Source of the DNA: Synechococcus sp. A15-28
Lineage (GTDB): Bacteria > Cyanobacteriota > Cyanobacteriia > PCC-6307 > Cyanobiaceae
Reading direction: 5' to 3'
NCBI RefSeq assembly: GCF_014280175.1
Contig: NZ_CP047931.1
Coordinates: 1-32,000 of the forward strand
DNA: 32,000 nt
Shown here: piece by piece, positions 1-10,320 of the stretch
Layout: every line of letters starts with the position of its first letter
How positions within the stretch are numbered: position 1 is the stretch's first letter
Position numbers and translations under genes: made by a program
The notes under the pieces: generated by a model
The model's database searches: none
What the model was told of the DNA's origin: nothing
Seen by the model: the letters and a program-made list of their open reading frames with translations, nothing else

Positions 1-173
1 AGAGGCAGTGTTCCCCATTTCCCCAGGCCCTACGACGACGGTTTTGGTTTTACTTATTCAAAAGAACTAGAACAAAACAGCCGAATAACGGGTGGGAAAA
101 ACCAGCCATTGCGCTTCCTTCTCGGCTGTGAAACGGTGGGGCACCGACACCTAGCGATCAGGCCTGCAGCACG

Positions 174-1331
174 ATGAAGGTGGTGTGCTCCCAGTCCGAA
201 CTCAACGCCGCGCTGCAGCTCGTGAGCCGTGCTGTGGCGACACGCCCCACCCACCCGGTTCTGGCCAATGTGCTGCTCACCGCCGATGCCGGCACCGATC
301 GCCTCAGCCTGACGGGATTTGATCTCAATCTCGGCATCCAGACCTCGCTTGCGGCAAGCGTTGAGACCAGTGGAGCCATCACGCTTCCGGCACGGTTGCT
401 GGGCGAGATCGTGTCGCGACTGGCCAGTGATTCCCCACTCACGCTCACCACGGAGGAGTCTGGCGAGCAGGTTCAACTCACCAGTCTCAGCGGCAGCTAC
501 CAGATGCGGGGCATGCCTGCCGATGACTACCCGGATCTGCCGATGGTGGAAAGCGGCATGACCCTCAAGCTGCAGGCTTCAGGGTTGGTGCAGGCGCTTA
601 AGGGAACCCTGTTCGCCAGCAGCGGCGACGAAGCCAAACAGCTGTTGACCGGTGTGCATCTCAGTTTCACGGACCGAAATCTTGAAGCTGCCGCCACCGA
701 TGGTCATCGTTTGGCTGTGCTGCAGGTGGATGATGCCCTCCAGGCTGCGGCTGATGGCACGGAGGGGGATGACGCTGTCTTTGCCGTGACCCTGCCCGCA
801 CGATCCCTGCGCGAGGTGGAGCGGCTGATGGCCGGTTGGCGCTCAGAGGACCCGATCAGCCTGTTCTGTGACCGGGGTCAGGTGGTGTTTCTGGCGGCGG
901 ATCAGATGGTCACCAGCCGCACGTTGGAGGGGACGTATCCCAACTACCGCCAGCTGATTCCCGATGGATTCAGTCGCACCTTGACCATGGACCGCCGCGC
1001 CCTGGTGGGAGCTCTTGAACGCATTGCGGTTCTTGCTGATCAGCACAACAACGTCGTCAAATTCAGCAGTCAGCCTGAATCCGGAGTTGTGCTCATCAGT
1101 GCCGATGCGCAGGATGTGGGCAGTGGCTCCGAGTCTCTGGCCGCTGAGCTCAGCGGAGATGCCATTCAGATCGCCTTCAATGTGCGCTACATGCTCGATG
1201 GTTTGAAAGCCATGGCTGCAGATCGGGTGGTGCTGCACTGCAATGCACCCACTACACCAGCGGTGTTGCGTCCCGTGGAGGAAAGTGACGGTTTCACTTA
1301 CCTCGTGATGCCGGTTCAGATCCGCTCCTGA
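174..1331 (+). CDS. dnaN: DNA polymerase III beta subunit (sliding clamp)
   Basis: 385-aa ORF with ATG at 174. N-terminus MKVVCSQSELNAALQLVSRAV. Length and layout are typical of DnaN. It is the first gene of the conserved origin-proximal block. Confidence 0.95.
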   Translation: MKVVCSQSELNAALQLVSRAVATRPTHPVLANVLLTADAGTDRLSLTGFDLNLGIQTSLAASVETSGAITLPARLLGEIVSRLASDSPLTLTTEESGEQVQLTSLSGSYQMRGMPADDYPDLPMVESGMTLKLQASGLVQALKGTLFASSGDEAKQLLTGVHLSFTDRNLEAAATDGHRLAVLQVDDALQAAADGTEGDDAVFAVTLPARSLREVERLMAGWRSEDPISLFCDRGQVVFLAADQMVTSRTLEGTYPNYRQLIPDGFSRTLTMDRRALVGALERIAVLADQHNNVVKFSSQPESGVVLISADAQDVGSGSESLAAELSGDAIQIAFNVRYMLDGLKAMAADRVVLHCNAPTTPAVLRPVEESDGFTYLVMPVQIRS

Positions 1332-1332
1332 G

Positions 1333-2058
1333 TTGGCCCTTCCCGACCAGCTTCTGCTCAGTGATCTGCTGCAGCACACCGTGCGCTGCGATCTTGGCCT
1401 TGATCACGGCCCCGGCGTGACGGGCTGGATTCACCCTCCGGTTCATCGTCTGTTGGGGTGGGTGAGCCGTCCCTCGGCTCTGAGGATGACCCGAGAGGTG
1501 TGGCGGCTGGATCAATGCTGTGGTTTCACGGATCAGCAGGTCTATGTACGGGGCGAGCCGGCCGTCACCGATCCAGCCACCTTGGATCGACTGCCGACCC
1601 TTTTGGAGTCGGATCTGTGTGGACGCGATGGGGAGCGTCTGGGTGCGGTGGTGGATCTGGTGTTTGAGCCTTCGACCGGAGCCATCGCCCATTACCTCGT
1701 GGCCCGCAGCGATCCCCGCCTGCCCGGAAGTTCCCGATGGCGGCTGACGCCGGAGCGCGTCGTGGATCATCAACCCGGACGGGTGATCACCGCGTTGGCA
1801 GGGCTGGATGATCTGCCCCTGACCCGCGCCAGTGTGCGTCAGGATCTGCTGCGTCGCACCCAGCGTTGGCGGGAGCAACTGCGTGACATGGGCGATCGCG
1901 CTGGTGATCGACTGGAGGGTTGGCTGGACGACCCCCCATGGGACGAATCGGAGCGTTCTGATCCGCCACAAGCTCGCTCGGAGGCGGGCCCCGAAATCTG
2001 GGACGACGAAGGTTGGCGGGATGGTCGACGTCAGCGGGATGAGGATCCCTGGGTCTGA
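1333..2058 (+). CDS. conserved hypothetical protein, PRC-barrel-like
   Basis: 241-aa ORF with strong G/C third-position bias. TTG start lies 1 nt after the dnaN TGA. Two segments resemble PRC-barrel units ([26 protein letters not shown] and [35 protein letters not shown]). The tail is Arg/Asp/Trp-rich. Family call is from memory and the start is uncertain. Confidence 0.6.
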   Translation: MALPDQLLLSDLLQHTVRCDLGLDHGPGVTGWIHPPVHRLLGWVSRPSALRMTREVWRLDQCCGFTDQQVYVRGEPAVTDPATLDRLPTLLESDLCGRDGERLGAVVDLVFEPSTGAIAHYLVARSDPRLPGSSRWRLTPERVVDHQPGRVITALAGLDDLPLTRASVRQDLLRRTQRWREQLRDMGDRAGDRLEGWLDDPPWDESERSDPPQARSEAGPEIWDDEGWRDGRRQRDEDPWV

Positions 2059-2102
2059 TCCCGCCGTCGGCAACACTGGGAACAGCTGCTGGTCAGTCCC
2101 GC

Positions 2103-4409
2103 GTGTCCTCCCCTGCCTACGACGACAGTGCGGCTCTGAAACAGGAAGGTCTGAAACCGTCGGATTGGCAGGAGATCTGTCGACGGCTTGGACGGGAGCC
2201 CAACCGTGCTGAGTTGGGGATGTTCGGAGTGATGTGGTCCGAACACTGCTGCTACCGCAATTCCAGGCCATTGCTGCGTGGGTTTCCAACGGAAGGCCCG
2301 CGGATTCTGGTGGGGCCGGGTGAGAACGCCGGTGTGGTCGATCTGGGGGATGGCCATCGCTTGGCTTTCAAGATTGAGAGCCACAACCACCCATCGGCGG
2401 TGGAGCCCTTTCAAGGGGCTGCCACCGGGGTCGGCGGGATTCTGCGGGACATCTTCACCATGGGAGCCCGCCCGATCGCGCTGCTGAACGCGTTGCGCTT
2501 CGGTCCGCTGGAGGATCCAGTCAACGTCGGGCTGATCGAGGGGGTTGTGGCCGGCATCGCCCATTACGGCAATTGCGTTGGCGTACCCACCGTCGGCGGG
2601 GAAGTGGCCTTTGATCCGTCCTACGGCGGCAATCCCCTGGTGAATGCCATGGCGCTGGGTCTGATGGAGACCGAGGAGATCGTCAAGTCCGGCGCCCAGG
2701 GGGTGGGTAATCCTGTGGTTTACGTGGGCAGCACCACGGGTCGGGATGGCATGGGCGGCGCCAGTTTCGCCAGTGCCGAACTCAGTGCCGACTCCCTGGA
2801 CGACCGTCCTGCGGTTCAGGTGGGCGATCCGTTTCTGGAGAAGGGGTTGATCGAGGCCTGTCTGGAGGCCTTCGCCAGTGGTGATGTGGTGGCGGCCCAG
2901 GACATGGGGGCTGCCGGACTCACCTGCAGTTGTTCGGAAATGGCGGCCAAAGGTGGCCTGGGGGTTGAACTCGACCTCGATCGCGTCCCGGCCCGCGAAG
3001 ACGGCATGACGGCCTACGAATTTCTGCTCTCGGAGTCCCAGGAGCGGATGTTGTTTGTGGTGAAGGCCGGTCGCGAGGAGGCGCTGATGCAGCGCTTCCG
3101 ACGCTGGGGTCTGCAGGCAGCCGTGGTGGGTCAGGTGCTGGAGGAACCGGTGGTGCGTGTGCTCCACCACGGCGAGGTGGCTGCTGAGGTGCCGGCCACC
3201 GCCCTGGCGGATGACACGCCGATTGAGCAGCACGCCCTGTTGCAGGAGCCCCCGGCGGATCTGCAGCAGCTCTGGCTATGGCAGGAGGGTCAGTTGCCTC
3301 CCTTAGAGGACCCATCGGCCGTGCTGTTGAAGCTGCTGGATGATCCAACCATCGCCAGCAAGCGCTGGGTGCATCGTCAGTACGACCAGCAGGTTCTCGC
3401 CAACACGGTGGTGTCCTCCGGCGCAGCAGATGCGGCTGTGGTGCGTTTGCGACCACAGCAGGGTCAGGGATCCATGGCAACCGTGCAGCGGGGGGTGGCT
3501 GCCACGGTGGATTGTCCGAATCGTTGGGTGGCTCTGGATCCCGAGCGTGGCGCTCAGGCCGCCGTGGCGGAAGCGGCCCGCAACCTGAGTTGCGTTGGTG
3601 CGGAACCGCTGGCGATCACCGACAACCTCAACTTCCCTTCACCCGAAACGCCCAAGGGCTACTGGCAGTTGGCCATGGCTTGTCGCGGGATTGCGGATGC
3701 CTGCCGTGCTCTGGACACACCCGTCACCGGTGGCAATGTCTCCCTCTACAACGAGACCCGTCGGGATGACGGCACGCTTCAACCGATCCATCCGACTCCA
3801 GTGATCGGCATGGTCGGTTTGGTGGAGGACATCGACCGGGTGGTCGGACTGGCTTGGCGTCAACCCGGTGATGCTGTGCTGTTGATGGGTGTTGCACCGG
3901 ATGAACAGGGGGATGACCGCCTTGGTCTTGCTGGCAGCAGCTATCAAATGCTGGTCAGTGGGGCGCTGGCAGGTCGTCCACCGCGGGTGGACTTTGATCT
4001 CGAACGCGGTGTACAGACGTTGTTGCGCCGGGCCATTGCTGCTGGGCTCCTGGCCTCCGCCCATGACAGCAGTGATGGCGGTCTCGCCATAGCCCTGGCG
4101 GAAAGCAGCATTGCGTCTGGTCTAAGCGTCGATCTGCGGTTTGACCTGCCGAGCGAAGGTCTGGCTCGGGCCCTGTTCGCCGAAGGTGGTGCGCGGGTGG
4201 CGATCTCCGTGAAGGCTGAGTGCCGGCAGCAGTGGGATCAGATGGCGGCTGAATCGATGGTCCCCATCACCGAACTCGGTGTGGTCACGGATGGTTCTGA
4301 ATTCCGGATCCAGTGCGGTGACAGGGATGTTCAGCTGTCTGTGGCTGATCTGAAGCGGGCCCATCAGGAGGGCTTGACGCGTCGGATCGGGGGTGAGGCA
4401 GAATCCTGA
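2103..4409 (+). CDS. purL: phosphoribosylformylglycinamidine synthase subunit PurL (FGAM synthase II)
   Basis: 768-aa ORF with GTG start. Motifs [26 protein letters not shown] and [25 protein letters not shown]. Confidence 0.95.
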   Translation: MSSPAYDDSAALKQEGLKPSDWQEICRRLGREPNRAELGMFGVMWSEHCCYRNSRPLLRGFPTEGPRILVGPGENAGVVDLGDGHRLAFKIESHNHPSAVEPFQGAATGVGGILRDIFTMGARPIALLNALRFGPLEDPVNVGLIEGVVAGIAHYGNCVGVPTVGGEVAFDPSYGGNPLVNAMALGLMETEEIVKSGAQGVGNPVVYVGSTTGRDGMGGASFASAELSADSLDDRPAVQVGDPFLEKGLIEACLEAFASGDVVAAQDMGAAGLTCSCSEMAAKGGLGVELDLDRVPAREDGMTAYEFLLSESQERMLFVVKAGREEALMQRFRRWGLQAAVVGQVLEEPVVRVLHHGEVAAEVPATALADDTPIEQHALLQEPPADLQQLWLWQEGQLPPLEDPSAVLLKLLDDPTIASKRWVHRQYDQQVLANTVVSSGAADAAVVRLRPQQGQGSMATVQRGVAATVDCPNRWVALDPERGAQAAVAEAARNLSCVGAEPLAITDNLNFPSPETPKGYWQLAMACRGIADACRALDTPVTGGNVSLYNETRRDDGTLQPIHPTPVIGMVGLVEDIDRVVGLAWRQPGDAVLLMGVAPDEQGDDRLGLAGSSYQMLVSGALAGRPPRVDFDLERGVQTLLRRAIAAGLLASAHDSSDGGLAIALAESSIASGLSVDLRFDLPSEGLARALFAEGGARVAISVKAECRQQWDQMAAESMVPITELGVVTDGSEFRIQCGDRDVQLSVADLKRAHQEGLTRRIGGEAES

Positions 4410-4467
4410 AGGAAGTCTGAAGTCGAGGCGCTCAGTGCACGTGCTGGAGGCGGAGCGTCCCGATCGG

Positions 4468-5898
4468 ATGGAAGAGGCCTGCGGCGTCTTCGCCGTTCTG
4501 GCCGGAGAACAACCGGTGGCGAACCTGGCCTATTTCGGTCTGTATGCCCTGCAGCACCGAGGCCAGGAATCGGCTGGCATTGCGGTGTTCAACCAGGGCA
4601 AGGTGCGCCTCCACAAGGACATGGGGCTCGTCAGTCAGGTGTTTGACCAGGACGTGCTGGCCCGCATGCCGGGAGACCTGGCCATCGGGCATAACCGTTA
4701 CTCCACCACCGGCAGCAGTCGGGTGTGCAACGCCCAGCCCGTGGTGTTGATGACCCGTCTGGGTGCCTTTGCTCTCGCCCACAACGGCAATCTGGTGAAT
4801 GCCCGCGAGTTGCGGGAGCTGGTGGATGACGGACAGGCCGAGTTCACCTCGACGACGGATTCGGAACTGATCGCCTTTGCTGTGCAGCAGGCGGTGGACC
4901 GTGGTCTCGACTGGACAGCCGCCATTGAGGCCGCACTCAAGCTCTGTCGTGGTGCGTTCAGCCTTGTGATCGGAACGCCGGATGGCCTGTTCGCCGTGCG
5001 GGACGGTCATGGCATCCGCCCCTTGGTGTTTGGCACCTTGGGGGATTCAGCCTCCGGTCACTGGGTGGTGAGCAGTGAGACCTGTGGATTGGAGATCATC
5101 GGTGCCCGGTATGTGGACGATGTTCAGCCCGGTGAGTTGGTGCGCTTTGCGCTCGGTTCGTCCGAGCCTCAGCGTCGGCGCTGGAGTGAGGAACCGAATC
5201 GCCTGTGCGTGTTCGAAATGATCTATTTCGCCAGGCCGGACAGTCAGTTCTTCGGTGAATCTCTGTACAGCTACCGCCAGCGCATCGGTCGCACCCTTGC
5301 CCGTGAATCCTGTGTGGATGCTGATCTGGTGATTGGTGTCCCCGATTCAGGCATCCCTGCAGCCATCGGTTTCTCTCAGGAAAGCGGCATTCCCTACGGC
5401 GACGGGCTGATCAAGAACCGTTATGTCGGCCGTACTTTCATTCAGCCCACCCAGGCGATGCGGGAAGCGGGAATCCGGGTGAAATTGAACCCCCTGCCGG
5501 ATGTTCTTGCCGGCAAGCGATTGATCGTCATTGACGATTCGATCGTTCGTGGCACCACCAGTCGCAAATTGGTTGTGGCCCTGCGGGATGCCGGCGCTAC
5601 CGAGGTGCACATGCGGATTAGTTCACCGCCGGTCACCCATCCCTGCTTCTACGGGATCGACACCGACACCCAGGATCAACTGATTGCGGCACAGATGACC
5701 CTGGAACAGATCAAGGATCACCTCAAGGTGGAATCCCTTGCCTATCTGAGCAAGGAGGGAATGCTCGAGGCGGCGAAGGCTGAATCAGGTCATTTCTGCA
5801 GCGCCTGTTTCGACGGTCAGTACCCCATCCCCATGGACGAGAAGCTGTTGTCCAGCAAGTTGATGATGGAGCCAGCGGGGATTGCCGCCAGATCTTGA
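4468..5898 (+). CDS. purF: amidophosphoribosyltransferase
   Basis: N-terminal nucleophile Cys in MEEACGVFAV. PRTase loop RLIVIDDSIVRGTTS. C-terminal Cys ligands in CFYGID and CSACFDGQYP. The longest ORF starts at GTG 4393 and overlaps purL by 17 nt; GTG 4441 and ATG 4468 are alternatives. The stop at 5898 is secure. Confidence 0.9.
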   Translation: MEEACGVFAVLAGEQPVANLAYFGLYALQHRGQESAGIAVFNQGKVRLHKDMGLVSQVFDQDVLARMPGDLAIGHNRYSTTGSSRVCNAQPVVLMTRLGAFALAHNGNLVNARELRELVDDGQAEFTSTTDSELIAFAVQQAVDRGLDWTAAIEAALKLCRGAFSLVIGTPDGLFAVRDGHGIRPLVFGTLGDSASGHWVVSSETCGLEIIGARYVDDVQPGELVRFALGSSEPQRRRWSEEPNRLCVFEMIYFARPDSQFFGESLYSYRQRIGRTLARESCVDADLVIGVPDSGIPAAIGFSQESGIPYGDGLIKNRYVGRTFIQPTQAMREAGIRVKLNPLPDVLAGKRLIVIDDSIVRGTTSRKLVVALRDAGATEVHMRISSPPVTHPCFYGIDTDTQDQLIAAQMTLEQIKDHLKVESLAYLSKEGMLEAAKAESGHFCSACFDGQYPIPMDEKLLSSKLMMEPAGIAARS

Positions 5899-8373
5899 TC
5901 AGAGGGTCTGCAGGGCGACCATGGAAACAATCTGTTCGTTGCTGTCCAGAGTCAGTTGATCGCCCCAGGCCTTCCCCGCAGCAGCAAGCTCCACTGCGGC
6001 GGCGTCCAGCCGTCCATGACGCTTCTGATCGGTCACAATCCCAGCCAGCACATCTCCTGAACAGAGTCCGACAACGGAATCTTCATCTGAACTGAGGTGC
6101 ACCGCCATCATCCCCAGATCTCCGCGTTGACAACGCCGCAGCGGGGTCAGGTCGATTCGCGTCATCTGACCGTGACGGCTCACCAGCAGCAGGGTGGGAT
6201 CCGTCTCGGCAACGTTCATGGCCAGGCTGCCCACCAGTTCTTCCCCTGGAAGGAGACGCATAGTCATCGGCCCCTGGGCCAGACGTCCCATTTTGGGCAG
6301 CACGGAATCATTCACCGGCAGCCTCAGCAGACGACCCATGCTGCTGACCAGCACCAGGTCGCTGTGTTCACGGCAGATCACCGCAGAGCAAAGGCGCACG
6401 CCTTCCTTCAGCTTCACCATGCTCGTGGCTCGGCCGGAAAGATCCAGAACTTCCGTCAGGGGAAGCCGCTTGAAGCGTCCATCACTGCTGAGCAGGCCCA
6501 GGCTGAGCTCTTTGCCATCCCCCGTTGGGAGTTGTGTGATGGCGATCAGGGGATCACCATCAAGTCCACTTGGCAGAAACTTCTCCAGGGATCCAGGTTG
6601 TTGTCCGGCGAATTCCCAACGGATCAAAGCGACTCGACCACTGGCGCTCACCCCGAGAAGCCGCGGTGAGGGTTCGATCGGAAGGATGAGCTGTGCCGGT
6701 GAAGGATGGTCACCCACGGGACAGGCTTCAGACAGGTGCATGCGGCCCAGCACCTGGGGGCTGACCAGTTTCACCTGGCCATCGGCCTGGATCAGCAGGC
6801 GTGCATCGGCGGGCAGAGCCGCCAGGGCCTGCTGACGCAGCAGCTCGGTGTTGGGTCGCTGGCTGGCGGCCCGCTCCGCAATCAGGGCATCTCCGCCTTC
6901 CACCAGGCGTGTCCGACGCGGTGTGCTGAAGCGTTTTTTCAACGTCTTCAGTTCATCGACCATGGCATCGAGCAACTGATCGCGGTTGTCGAGCAACAGG
7001 CGTAACCGCTCCCGTTCCGCCCGTAACTCCTCCAGTTCCTGGCGCAGGCTCTCCTGTTCGAGACCCGTCAATCTGCGCAGTGGCATCGCCAGAACGGCAT
7101 CGGCCTGACGTTCACTCAGGTCGAGGCGCACCATCAGGCTGGCTCGGGCTGAGGCGGCATCCCGGGCCTCCTGAATCATCGTGATCACCGCTTGAAGGTT
7201 GTTCAGCGCGTTGATCAAGCCGTCGACCACCTCAAGTCGATCCTCTGTTTTGCGCAGGGCGTAGCTGGTGCGCCGGATCAGGGTCAGTTCCCTGTAATCC
7301 AGGAACGTCTGCAACAACTGACGCAACGAGAGCTGGCGTGGCTGACCATCCACAAGGGCCAGCAGGATGGCTCCGAAGTTGCTCTGCAGCGCTGTGCGTC
7401 GTTGCAGGTCCGCCAGCACCTTGGTCGGGTCCGCATCGCGGCGAAGCTCCACCACCACGCGCATGCCATCGCGGTCGCTCTCATCACGGATGTCGGCAAT
7501 GCCGCCGATCTTTCCGTCGTTCACCGATTCCGCCAGTTTTTCGATCCAGCCGGCTTTGCTCAGCTGATACGGAAGTTCCGTCACCACGACGGCGTTGCGT
7601 TTGTGACGCCCTTTCCCGGGTTGTACCTCTTCGATGTGGGCAACCCCCCGCATGGGGATGCTGCCGCGTCCGGCCAGGTAGGTGTCCTGTAAGCCACTGC
7701 TGAGCAGTACCTCTCCACCGGTCGGAAAATCGGGTCCCGGAATCAGGGCCAGCAGTTTGTTGTCGCCCAGTTCCGGCTGGCGAATCAAGGCCACCAGGCC
7801 GTCCACCACTTCACCGAGATTGTGAGGGGGAATGCTGGTGGCCATGCCCACGGCGATGCCCGAACAACCGTTGAGCAACAGGAAGGGCAGTTGCGCCGGC
7901 AGCACGGTGGGTTCCTGCTGGGACCCATCGAAATTCGGTGCGAAATCAACGGTGTCGTCGCCGATCTCCTCCAGCAGGGCCTGGTGGGCGATGGGAGCTA
8001 ACCGTGTTTCGGTGTATCGCATGGCGGCCGGCGGATCATCGTCCACCGATCCGAAGTTGCCATGGCCATCCAGCAGTGGGTGGCGACTGGCAAAGGTTTG
8101 AACAAGCCGGACCAAGGCGTCGTAAACCGCTTGATCGCCATGGGGGTGGTATTTGCCGAGGACGTCACCGACGACGCGGGCGCACTTCCGATAGGGGCGG
8201 TCCGGGGTGAGCCCCAGTTCCTGCATGGCATAGAGAATCCGGCGCTGAACCGGTTTCAGGCCGTCGCGGGCATCGGGCAGTGCCCGGCCCACGATCACGC
8301 TCATGGCGTATTCGAGGTAGGAGCGCTGCATCTCCTGATGCAGAGCAATCGATTCAACGCGCTCCTCAGCCAT
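5899..8373 (-). CDS. DNA gyrase/topoisomerase IV subunit A family protein (GyrA paralogue)
   Basis: 824-aa ORF with ATG at 8373. Motifs [11 protein letters not shown] and KYHPHGD, and active-site Tyr context AAMRYTE. A repetitive beta-pinwheel-like C-terminal third is present. I found no Q(R/K)RGG(K/R)G GyrA box. Confidence 0.9.
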   Translation of the reverse strand: MAEERVESIALHQEMQRSYLEYAMSVIVGRALPDARDGLKPVQRRILYAMQELGLTPDRPYRKCARVVGDVLGKYHPHGDQAVYDALVRLVQTFASRHPLLDGHGNFGSVDDDPPAAMRYTETRLAPIAHQALLEEIGDDTVDFAPNFDGSQQEPTVLPAQLPFLLLNGCSGIAVGMATSIPPHNLGEVVDGLVALIRQPELGDNKLLALIPGPDFPTGGEVLLSSGLQDTYLAGRGSIPMRGVAHIEEVQPGKGRHKRNAVVVTELPYQLSKAGWIEKLAESVNDGKIGGIADIRDESDRDGMRVVVELRRDADPTKVLADLQRRTALQSNFGAILLALVDGQPRQLSLRQLLQTFLDYRELTLIRRTSYALRKTEDRLEVVDGLINALNNLQAVITMIQEARDAASARASLMVRLDLSERQADAVLAMPLRRLTGLEQESLRQELEELRAERERLRLLLDNRDQLLDAMVDELKTLKKRFSTPRRTRLVEGGDALIAERAASQRPNTELLRQQALAALPADARLLIQADGQVKLVSPQVLGRMHLSEACPVGDHPSPAQLILPIEPSPRLLGVSASGRVALIRWEFAGQQPGSLEKFLPSGLDGDPLIAITQLPTGDGKELSLGLLSSDGRFKRLPLTEVLDLSGRATSMVKLKEGVRLCSAVICREHSDLVLVSSMGRLLRLPVNDSVLPKMGRLAQGPMTMRLLPGEELVGSLAMNVAETDPTLLLVSRHGQMTRIDLTPLRRCQRGDLGMMAVHLSSDEDSVVGLCSGDVLAGIVTDQKRHGRLDAAAVELAAAGKAWGDQLTLDSNEQIVSMVALQTL

Positions 8374-8418
8374 GTCGTCCGCTTGTTCCGACGCGGAAGG
8401 CGCTCAGCCTACAGATGT

Positions 8419-9324
8419 TCACCGGCGTTGTTTCCAGGTGGCATTGGCCTGGGCTCGCTCCACGCTGCTGGCCATGTCTGGTGAGGCCAACAGACGCGCT
8501 GCTGCTTGGCGAATTTTCCCTCCCCAAAGCTGTTCCACCTGATGGGGCGGCAGAACGTAATTGGGTTCCTTGGCTAAGGCCTCACGAGCCAGATTGAACG
8601 CATCGTCGGAATCGTCTCCACGCTGGTGAAGGGCTGCCGCGAGAGCCAGCAGCGGTTCTGCATTTTTTTCGATTCGGAGCACAGCGCGCCAGCGCTGGAT
8701 CGCTTCATCGGTGTTTCCCATTTCATAGAGCACAAGGGCCTGATTGTTGAGGGCTTCCCAAAAATCCGGCTTCAGGCCCGTGGCTTGTTCAAAGGAACCA
8801 AGGGCATTGGAGAGATCGTCCAGCATGATCCAGGCATTGCCCAGATCGAAGTATCCAGCAGGGTTTTTGGGGTCGAGTTCCAGTCCGCGTTGAATCAGTG
8901 GAATGGCTTCCTCAGGTTGCTCATCTCGCAGAGCGAGAGCACCTTGCGCAAACCAGAGACCGGCTTTGTCTGGATTGAGCTCTTTGGCACGGGCCAGGGA
9001 CTGGCCGGCTTGCTCAAGGTCGTCGCTGCGCAGTTGTGCCTCTGCCAGGACGGACCACAGCCGTTCGTCCTGAGGATCCAATCGAACCGCCAGGGCTGCC
9101 AGCTTTGCCGCTTCTTGCGGTTGACCCATCTGAAGCAGCTGGGCCGCCGTACGTCCGATCCCAATGGCCGATCCCTTCAATTCTTCTGAACTGGGGACGT
9201 AGACGTAGGGAACAACGGCTTTCGCAGCCGGCGCGCCTGCGATGGCTGCGACGCTGAGCAACGCAGCCAGGAAGCACTCACGAATCCTGTTGTTCGGCAC
9301 GCCGTTGCGTTCAGGAATTCTCAA
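8419..9324 (-). CDS. TPR-repeat protein with N-terminal signal-like segment
   Basis: 301-aa ORF. Hydrophobic N-terminal stretch CFLAALLSVAAIAGAPAAKA. Repeated ~34-aa units with the A/L/G/Y/W/P pattern of TPRs (e.g. AGYFDLGNAWIMLDDLSNALGSFEQATGLKPD). Start is TTG 9324 (TTGA overlap with the queG stop) or GTG 9300. Confidence 0.8.
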   Translation of the reverse strand: MRIPERNGVPNNRIRECFLAALLSVAAIAGAPAAKAVVPYVYVPSSEELKGSAIGIGRTAAQLLQMGQPQEAAKLAALAVRLDPQDERLWSVLAEAQLRSDDLEQAGQSLARAKELNPDKAGLWFAQGALALRDEQPEEAIPLIQRGLELDPKNPAGYFDLGNAWIMLDDLSNALGSFEQATGLKPDFWEALNNQALVLYEMGNTDEAIQRWRAVLRIEKNAEPLLALAAALHQRGDDSDDAFNLAREALAKEPNYVLPPHQVEQLWGGKIRQAAARLLASPDMASSVERAQANATWKQRR

Positions 9325-10286
9325 AGGCTAGAGGGAGGATTCGGTTGTGCTGCCGCAGCATTGCGTCGCCACATCCAGGGTTTGATCCGGCGCAGAGCCG
9401 ACCCCTGCAGGTTGGCGTTCCAGGTTGATAAGTCCCAGCTGTCCACATCCCTTTTGTGCAGATCGAGAAGCCAGGGGCGTGGTTGCAGCTCCGGGTCGTC
9501 ACTGCTCGGCAGCCGTTGGTGGTTCCAAGGGCAGACCTCCTGGCAGATGTCGCAGCCGGCGACCCAGGGGCCGAGGGCATCGGCGATCTCCTCTGGAAGC
9601 TTTTCATCGCGATTTTCGATGGTGTGATACGCGATACATCGGCGTGAATCGACGACGAATGGTTCTGTGATGGCGTCCGTCGGGCAGGCCTCCATGCAGG
9701 CCCTGCAGCGACCGCAAAGACTTCGTGCCGGTTCATCGGCTTCAAGATCCAGGGTGGTGAGCAGATGGCCGATCACCATCCACGATCCCCGTTGGCTGTT
9801 GATCAGATTGCTGTGTTTCCCGATCCAGCCCAGACCGGCTTCCTCCGCCCAGGCTTTGTCCAGCAAAGGCGCGGAATCCACGCAAGCTCTCCATTCGCAG
9901 TCCGGACGCTGGTTGGACAACCAACGCCCCACGCGGCGGAGCCGCTGGTCCACAACCCGGTGGTAATCCCGTCCCCATCCGTAGCGAGCAACCCGGAGTG
10001 CCCCCGGCGTCGCTTGGGTGTCCACGTGGTAATTGAGCCCCACGGCCAGAAGGCTCCTGGTGCCGCTCAACAAGCTGGTGGGGTCCTTTCTGCGGGGCGC
10101 GGCCATCCAGCCCATGTCCGCCTGATGACCGGCCTCCAGCCAACGCTGCAAGGCAGCTGTTCGGAGCTGAAGCCTTGCTCCCCCTGGAACTTTCGCGATT
10201 CCGACCGGTGAAAATCCCTCGGCTTGAGCCCGTTGCTTCAGCGCTTCACTGAGCTGCTGATCGGAAATGGTTGGCAGCTTTGGCAT
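9321..10286 (-). CDS. queG: epoxyqueuosine reductase
   Basis: Two 4Fe-4S ferredoxin motifs, CGRCRACMEACP and CDICQEVCPWN. Length fits QueG. ATG at 10286 (MPKLPTISDQQL) is preferred over the TTG at 10310 used in the ORF track. Confidence 0.85.
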   Translation of the reverse strand: MPKLPTISDQQLSEALKQRAQAEGFSPVGIAKVPGGARLQLRTAALQRWLEAGHQADMGWMAAPRRKDPTSLLSGTRSLLAVGLNYHVDTQATPGALRVARYGWGRDYHRVVDQRLRRVGRWLSNQRPDCEWRACVDSAPLLDKAWAEEAGLGWIGKHSNLINSQRGSWMVIGHLLTTLDLEADEPARSLCGRCRACMEACPTDAITEPFVVDSRRCIAYHTIENRDEKLPEEIADALGPWVAGCDICQEVCPWNHQRLPSSDDPELQPRPWLLDLHKRDVDSWDLSTWNANLQGSALRRIKPWMWRRNAAAAQPNPPSSL

Positions 10287-10320
10287 CGACCCTAGGATCG
10301 ACTGATACAAGCATTCTCAC

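Noticed and set aside
1892-1899. HIP1 palindromes (GCGATCGC) at 1892-1899, 12159-12166 and 29416-29423
   Set aside because: I spotted only three copies by eye in 32 kb, against roughly one expected from composition. All three lie inside coding regions. This is too few to call enrichment or a structured element.
1294-3233. Long minus-strand ORFs (331 aa and 400 aa) antisense to the PRC-barrel gene and purL
   Set aside because: These look like shadow ORFs, which are typical of GC-rich DNA. Their translations are Arg/Pro/Gly/His-rich with no recognisable motifs, whereas the opposite strand encodes clear PurL motifs.
8374-8418. Small stem TCCGC...GCGGA between the gyrA-like start and the TPR gene end, and a similar 5-6-bp stem near the argH stop
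   Set aside because: Stems of 5-6 bp without a U-tract are expected many times by chance in 32 kb. They do not support a terminator call.
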